From NCBI GenBank assembly GCA_964462775.1, contig CAYWZB010000001.1:1-59223 (forward strand): DNA of 59,223 nt, read 5' to 3'. The DNA is from an uncultured Oscillospiraceae bacterium. Lineage in GTDB: Bacteria > Bacillota > Clostridia > Oscillospirales > Oscillospiraceae. The translations under genes were made by a program, and so were the position numbers. Within the stretch, counting starts at the first letter, position 1; every line of letters begins with the position of its first letter. The notes under the pieces were generated by a model. That model was not told where the DNA came from, did no database searches, and worked only from the letters and a program-made list of their open reading frames with translations. Below, piece by piece: positions 56,001-59,223 of the stretch.

Positions 56001-59000
56001 TGGGCTACAGCGCCACGGAGGGTGCCTGGGTGGCAGAAAAGAAGCTGGAATCTGAGATGAAGCTGGATTCCTTCGCCATCGCCCTCAGCCCGGAGCAGCG
56101 AGCCTTCCACATGGACAGCGAGAACAAAAATGACGGCTATCCCGTCCTGTCCTGGCAGGGCGGCCGTGTGCCGGAGCTGTCTCAGGCGGAACAGGATGTG
56201 GCGGCGGACAAGGCGGCGCTGCAGGTAGAGCCGACCCTGATCACCGCTCCCATGCAGCTGGAACTGGCTTCTCAGGGCGCTATGGGCAGCACCATCACCT
56301 GGGAAAGCAGCGCACCGGAGATCATCGCCATCGACGGCACGGTGACCCTGCCCCAGACCAACGACACGGTGGTGACCCTGACTGCCACCATCACCAAGGA
56401 CGGCGTTTCTGACACCAAGACCTTCTCCGTCACGGTCAAGACCCGGATCTCCGCGGATCAGACCGCACTGGAAGCTATCCGGGGCAAGCTGAGCAGCCGC
56501 CTGCGGATTCCCTACGCACAGGGAGAGGTACTGGCAGCGGATGCCATGAAGCAGCAGCTGGATACTGCCATTGCTGCCGCCGGGGTCACCGGGCTTACGG
56601 CGCAGGACATCACCGTGACCCTGAGCAGCGCCGGGCAGACGGCCTATGGCACCGGCACGCTGATTGGTGAGGACGGCAAGGTGACCTACTACTATGCCGA
56701 TCCCGCTCAGGCCATCAACGGCGATGCCACGGTTTCCGGCGTGACGTTCACCCTGTCCACAGCCAGCGGCGCTTCCGTCACCACGGACAGCATCCTGGTG
56801 CAGATTCCCTGGGATCAGGCCAGGGTCAAGACGGCTCTGAATCAGGCGGCGGACAGCCTGAGCTTTGACACCATTAAGGGAGAAAACACGGCGGCAGATC
56901 AGGTGCAGACGGATCTGACCCTGCCCCAGCGGCTGGAAAACTACGGCTGGACGTTAATCAGCTGGGAGTCCTCCGATGAAAGCGTCATCAGCATCACCGG
57001 CGGCGAGGTTCTGGCGGACTTCGTGGGCGATGTGCTCCCGGCGGAGGAGGATCAGCAGATTACTCTGACGGCCTGCTTCACCTTCAACAAGAACAACCGG
57101 GAGGAGGACGGTGCCATCACCGTCACCAAGGACATCCTAGTGACTGTCCCGGGTGCCTCCAACGGCTATCTGCAGACCATTCAGGCAGCGCTGGATCGCT
57201 TCACGCTGGATCAGCTGACCTACAGCGTGGGCAGCAGCCAGGGACAGGTCATTGATCCCAACGCCGTCACCGATGCGGTGCAGCTGCCCCGCCCGGCAGT
57301 GCTGGGCGTGGACGGCGGACGCAACGGCTTCAAGGTTCTCTATTCCGTGGTGACAGAGGAAGGAATGGAAAGTCCTGTGACCATCAACGGCTACCGTGCC
57401 AATGTGGTGCGCCCCATCCGGGAAGAGCCGGTGGAGGTGACTGTGCGGCTGACCATTACCAAGCAGAATGAAGGCGTCCTCAACGAAAACTACACCGGCA
57501 GCAAGGAGCTGAAGCTCCGCATCGCACCGCTGAAGCCCTCGGAGCTGCAGCAGGAACTGGCGCTGCTGGAGCAGGTGAAGGCGAATTTCTTCCAGGGACT
57601 CAATGATGGACGAAACGTGGCGGCGGATGCCGTGGTGACCAGCCTGCACCCGGTGCAGGAGGCCTATCTGGACAGCGAAGGAAAGCTGGTCTGGGTGTAT
57701 GACTACGCCGATCGAAAGGACATCGGCATCGTCACCACCGATCTTCCCGGGTACGATCCCATGGGCAGCACCGGCTGGCGTGCCTTCCGCTCGGACAATA
57801 CCGGCGTGCTCACCCACGAAAATCTGCTGGTCACCTGCCCGAAGAGCGAAAATGCCACAGTAACTTTGGAGGCCAATCTGGCCAGCGCCCGTTTCGGCGG
57901 CTACTATGAGACTTATCAGAACGACGAGACCTACGGCCCTATTTTCTGCCGCTTGGCAGGGGAGCAGGTGCGCCTGACCCTGACGGTAATCAGTCAGGAT
58001 AATCAGGAAAAGGCAGCCGCAGTCCGGGAGAAGATCAGTGCCATCGGCACCGTGACGCTGGAAAGTGCCCAGCAGATCCGTCAGGCCGAAGCGGACTACC
58101 AGGGACTGGACGCAGCCACACAGAAGCTGGTGACCAACGCCCAGACGCTGTTGGATGCCATTGCAGAGCTGGAACGGTTGGAGCAGCAGGAAACCGCTGC
58201 CGCCATCCGGATTGCCGGACAGAACCGGTGGGAGACGGCTCGCAAAACAGCCGATGAGCTGAAGGCGGCTCTGGGTGTGGAGCAATTCCAGACCATCCTT
58301 GTGGCCTCCGGCAACGACTTTGCCGATGCCCTGGCAGGTTCCTATCTGGCCGCACAGAAGAATGCCCCCATTCTTTTGAGCTATGGCAAGGATGACGAGT
58401 ATGCCTATCTGGATCAGGAGACTATCAGCTACATCCGGGAAAATCTGGCGGAAAACGGCATGGTCTACATTCTGGGCGGCACCGCCGCAGTGCCTGTGCT
58501 GTATGACGAGGCACTGGCAGAGTACACGGTGAAGCGCCTGGATGGAGCCAATCGCTTCGCCACCAACCTGCGGATCCTGGAAGAAGCCGGAATCCCGGCG
58601 GACAGCGAAATTCTGGTGTGCACCGGCACCAACTATGCCGACTCCCTCAGCGCTTCCGCCACCGGCAAGCCCATTCTGCTGGTCTGGAATGAAAAGGCTG
58701 CCCTCTATGGCGAGCAGCCGGCATTCCTGGAGAAGCTGGAAAACTGCGGCTTTACCGTGATCGGCGGGGAAAGCGCAGTCTGCGGCACGCTGGCGGATGC
58801 CCTTGGTGCCTACGGCACAGTGGAGAGGCTGGCAGGTGAAAACCGGTTTGAGACTTCTGTTATGGTGGCGCAGAGCTGCTTCCAGGCACCTGACAGCGCA
58901 GTGCTGGCGTATGCCTGGGATTATCCCGACGGTCTGTGCGGCGGCGTGCTGGCTTACGCCAAGAATGCGCCTCTGATTTTGACCATGGACGCTTACGAAG

Positions 59001-59134
59001 CTCAGGCAGCGGCCTACGCAAAGGATCAGGGCATCACCTCCGGCACCGTGCTGGGCGGTGAGGGACTGATCAGCGACGCAACGGTACGCAGCATCTTCGC
59101 CATGGAAGATGGAGAAGAGATTCTCGGAAAATAA
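52976..59134 (+). CDS. Giant surface protein, C-terminal part (2 GLUG beta-helix modules, Ig-like repeats, helical repeat, 3x cell-wall-binding repeat 2)
   Basis: Frame open from 52856; WTPI..Y.GTFDGNG and GGI/VVG repeats; ITWESS Ig repeats; RIAGQNRWETA, RLDGANRFATN, RLAGENRFETS with ADAL/PILL motifs; no RBS or signal peptide of its own. Confidence 0.85.
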   Translation: MQTGLVTFNVTRSDGESFSEGSLPQIRVILADGITELSLENGMAKALPLGSYAYRVSAKTFVTQTGSFALTEAGARFDLALEYSSVWDGETVVQPQLTGGVYQITNGYELAWFRDEVNKATPESFALNAILLDHIDLGGFDWTPISQVTSTSATKGYTGTFDGNGKTITGLKPVGSAVQSYSKTETMGAGLFGYVYTGGTVKNVTVEGTMAAVKHSGGVVAMLAGGTVENCVSKLNITLEESCTDGFAIGGVVGYMTNYSDKSARVIHCRNEGDVLLGTAGRYVGGVVGNASYGVEIAECANTGAISGGDRIGGIVGHSSIPLTACVNTGAVTGSKAAVGGIAGFANKETVNCFNSGTVTGTAGTVGGIIGSLSSSTYGAAVKGCLNTGSVTGGEEAVGALVGTKAKNDTGKAIFGSYFLAGTALQAVGENVSDTDETTVITAQELSGKKLIGLLGGAFASVPGVDAPMLRWQDPDALSVVTFLIPQGAEVTVEGQTAVPQEPGVYALTNGIYAYAVTKADYQTVTGSVTVDGESQSIAVTLEPVTYAVTFTVTTPGVTITVTDAQGKTIQPDTEGGNVFSLSRGAYTYAVTKFGFTGVTGSFTVEDQLLAIPAITLEGAAVHSVTLTFAEEMEQSIVPASVTVTAWDGTVVTPDSGEGFRYTLPDGTYTYVVEDSRYYRVEAHFTVQGGDLEIPVTLEQDRSWDGTTQTPVTPNAEGIYEIGSAAELAWFAAQVAQDHTDYNARLTANIYINYNGSTNAWTPIGSYSHQYAGTFDGNGKAVYGLDTALFGYNGTGSLVKNLTVWGQVSGESNVGGICNASYGSFENCENHMTVTATGQRVGGIVGVLYAGGHITNCANFGAISTSHSGYSESGAAADIGGIVGLSYAPVSGCANYAQVTASSDSYGSSHAGGIAGQLNASPLTQCYNRGTVSAAHQAGGIVGTATGAEAVITDCYSTGTITVIGTALNPQSGALVGTLMNSATLSNGYFLQGCYTYSKGSTSHTDEPVGYSATEGAWVAEKKLESEMKLDSFAIALSPEQRAFHMDSENKNDGYPVLSWQGGRVPELSQAEQDVAADKAALQVEPTLITAPMQLELASQGAMGSTITWESSAPEIIAIDGTVTLPQTNDTVVTLTATITKDGVSDTKTFSVTVKTRISADQTALEAIRGKLSSRLRIPYAQGEVLAADAMKQQLDTAIAAAGVTGLTAQDITVTLSSAGQTAYGTGTLIGEDGKVTYYYADPAQAINGDATVSGVTFTLSTASGASVTTDSILVQIPWDQARVKTALNQAADSLSFDTIKGENTAADQVQTDLTLPQRLENYGWTLISWESSDESVISITGGEVLADFVGDVLPAEEDQQITLTACFTFNKNNREEDGAITVTKDILVTVPGASNGYLQTIQAALDRFTLDQLTYSVGSSQGQVIDPNAVTDAVQLPRPAVLGVDGGRNGFKVLYSVVTEEGMESPVTINGYRANVVRPIREEPVEVTVRLTITKQNEGVLNENYTGSKELKLRIAPLKPSELQQELALLEQVKANFFQGLNDGRNVAADAVVTSLHPVQEAYLDSEGKLVWVYDYADRKDIGIVTTDLPGYDPMGSTGWRAFRSDNTGVLTHENLLVTCPKSENATVTLEANLASARFGGYYETYQNDETYGPIFCRLAGEQVRLTLTVISQDNQEKAAAVREKISAIGTVTLESAQQIRQAEADYQGLDAATQKLVTNAQTLLDAIAELERLEQQETAAAIRIAGQNRWETARKTADELKAALGVEQFQTILVASGNDFADALAGSYLAAQKNAPILLSYGKDDEYAYLDQETISYIRENLAENGMVYILGGTAAVPVLYDEALAEYTVKRLDGANRFATNLRILEEAGIPADSEILVCTGTNYADSLSASATGKPILLVWNEKAALYGEQPAFLEKLENCGFTVIGGESAVCGTLADALGAYGTVERLAGENRFETSVMVAQSCFQAPDSAVLAYAWDYPDGLCGGVLAYAKNAPLILTMDAYEAQAAAYAKDQGITSGTVLGGEGLISDATVRSIFAMEDGEEILGK

Positions 59135-59142
59135 CCCTAAAA

Positions 59143-59172
59143 AAGGAGCCGTCTCGCAAGAGACGGCTCCTT
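59143..59172. terminator. Terminator hairpin
   Basis: AAGGAGCCGTCTC-GCAA-GAGACGGCTCCTT preceded by an A-run. Confidence 0.75.
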
Positions 59173-59188
59173 CAGACTGTCAAAAAAC

Positions 59189-59217
59189 TTCCAATATGGC
59201 CTTGTTTCTGGTATAAT
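59189..59217 (+). promoter_or_regulatory. Putative promoter for a gene beyond the window
   Basis: TTCCAA, 17 bp, TATAAT with extended TG. Confidence 0.5.
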
Positions 59218-59223
59218 AAAAGA

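Noticed and set aside
59173-59188. CAGACTGTCAAAAAAC as an IS/MITE terminal repeat
   Set aside because: Resembles small-element ends, but no partner inverted repeat or transposase is visible before the window ends.
1-59223. CRISPR array, rRNA, transposase, prophage or defence genes
   Set aside because: No regularly spaced repeats or recognisable motifs found; intergenic gaps are short and mostly explained by promoters and terminators.

Overview
GC-rich Bacillota chromosomal segment, by inference Clostridia/Oscillospiraceae-like. From left to right: (1) a minus-strand tRNA-Pro(TGG) preceded on the same predicted transcript by an orphan 5' half of a different tRNA-Pro; (2) a TraX-family gene, a lower-GC ECF sigma/partner pair, a methyltransferase and a lysophospholipase; (3) PhoB/PhoR-like regulators and a Na/Pi cotransporter with 11-bp-phased Pho boxes; (4) a NahK/APH-fold kinase; (5) a ~34 kb surface-glycan locus in two transcription units. 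Unit 1 has a CapD/M/N/L/E/F/G-like FucNAc core, LicD, Wzy and Wzx. Unit 2 has a deacetylase, Wzm/Wzt and 13 glycosyltransferases but no priming enzyme. (6) A LytTR regulator with a sensor-less soluble histidine kinase, and a heterodimeric ABC exporter with a clear LytTR direct-repeat operator; (7) a cobalamin-riboswitch-controlled ~8.4 kb gene for a DUF4430/GLUG/CWB2 surface protein, split by an out-of-frame internal deletion or mis-assembly at ~52,885. All calls come from reading motifs by eye; no database searches were run.
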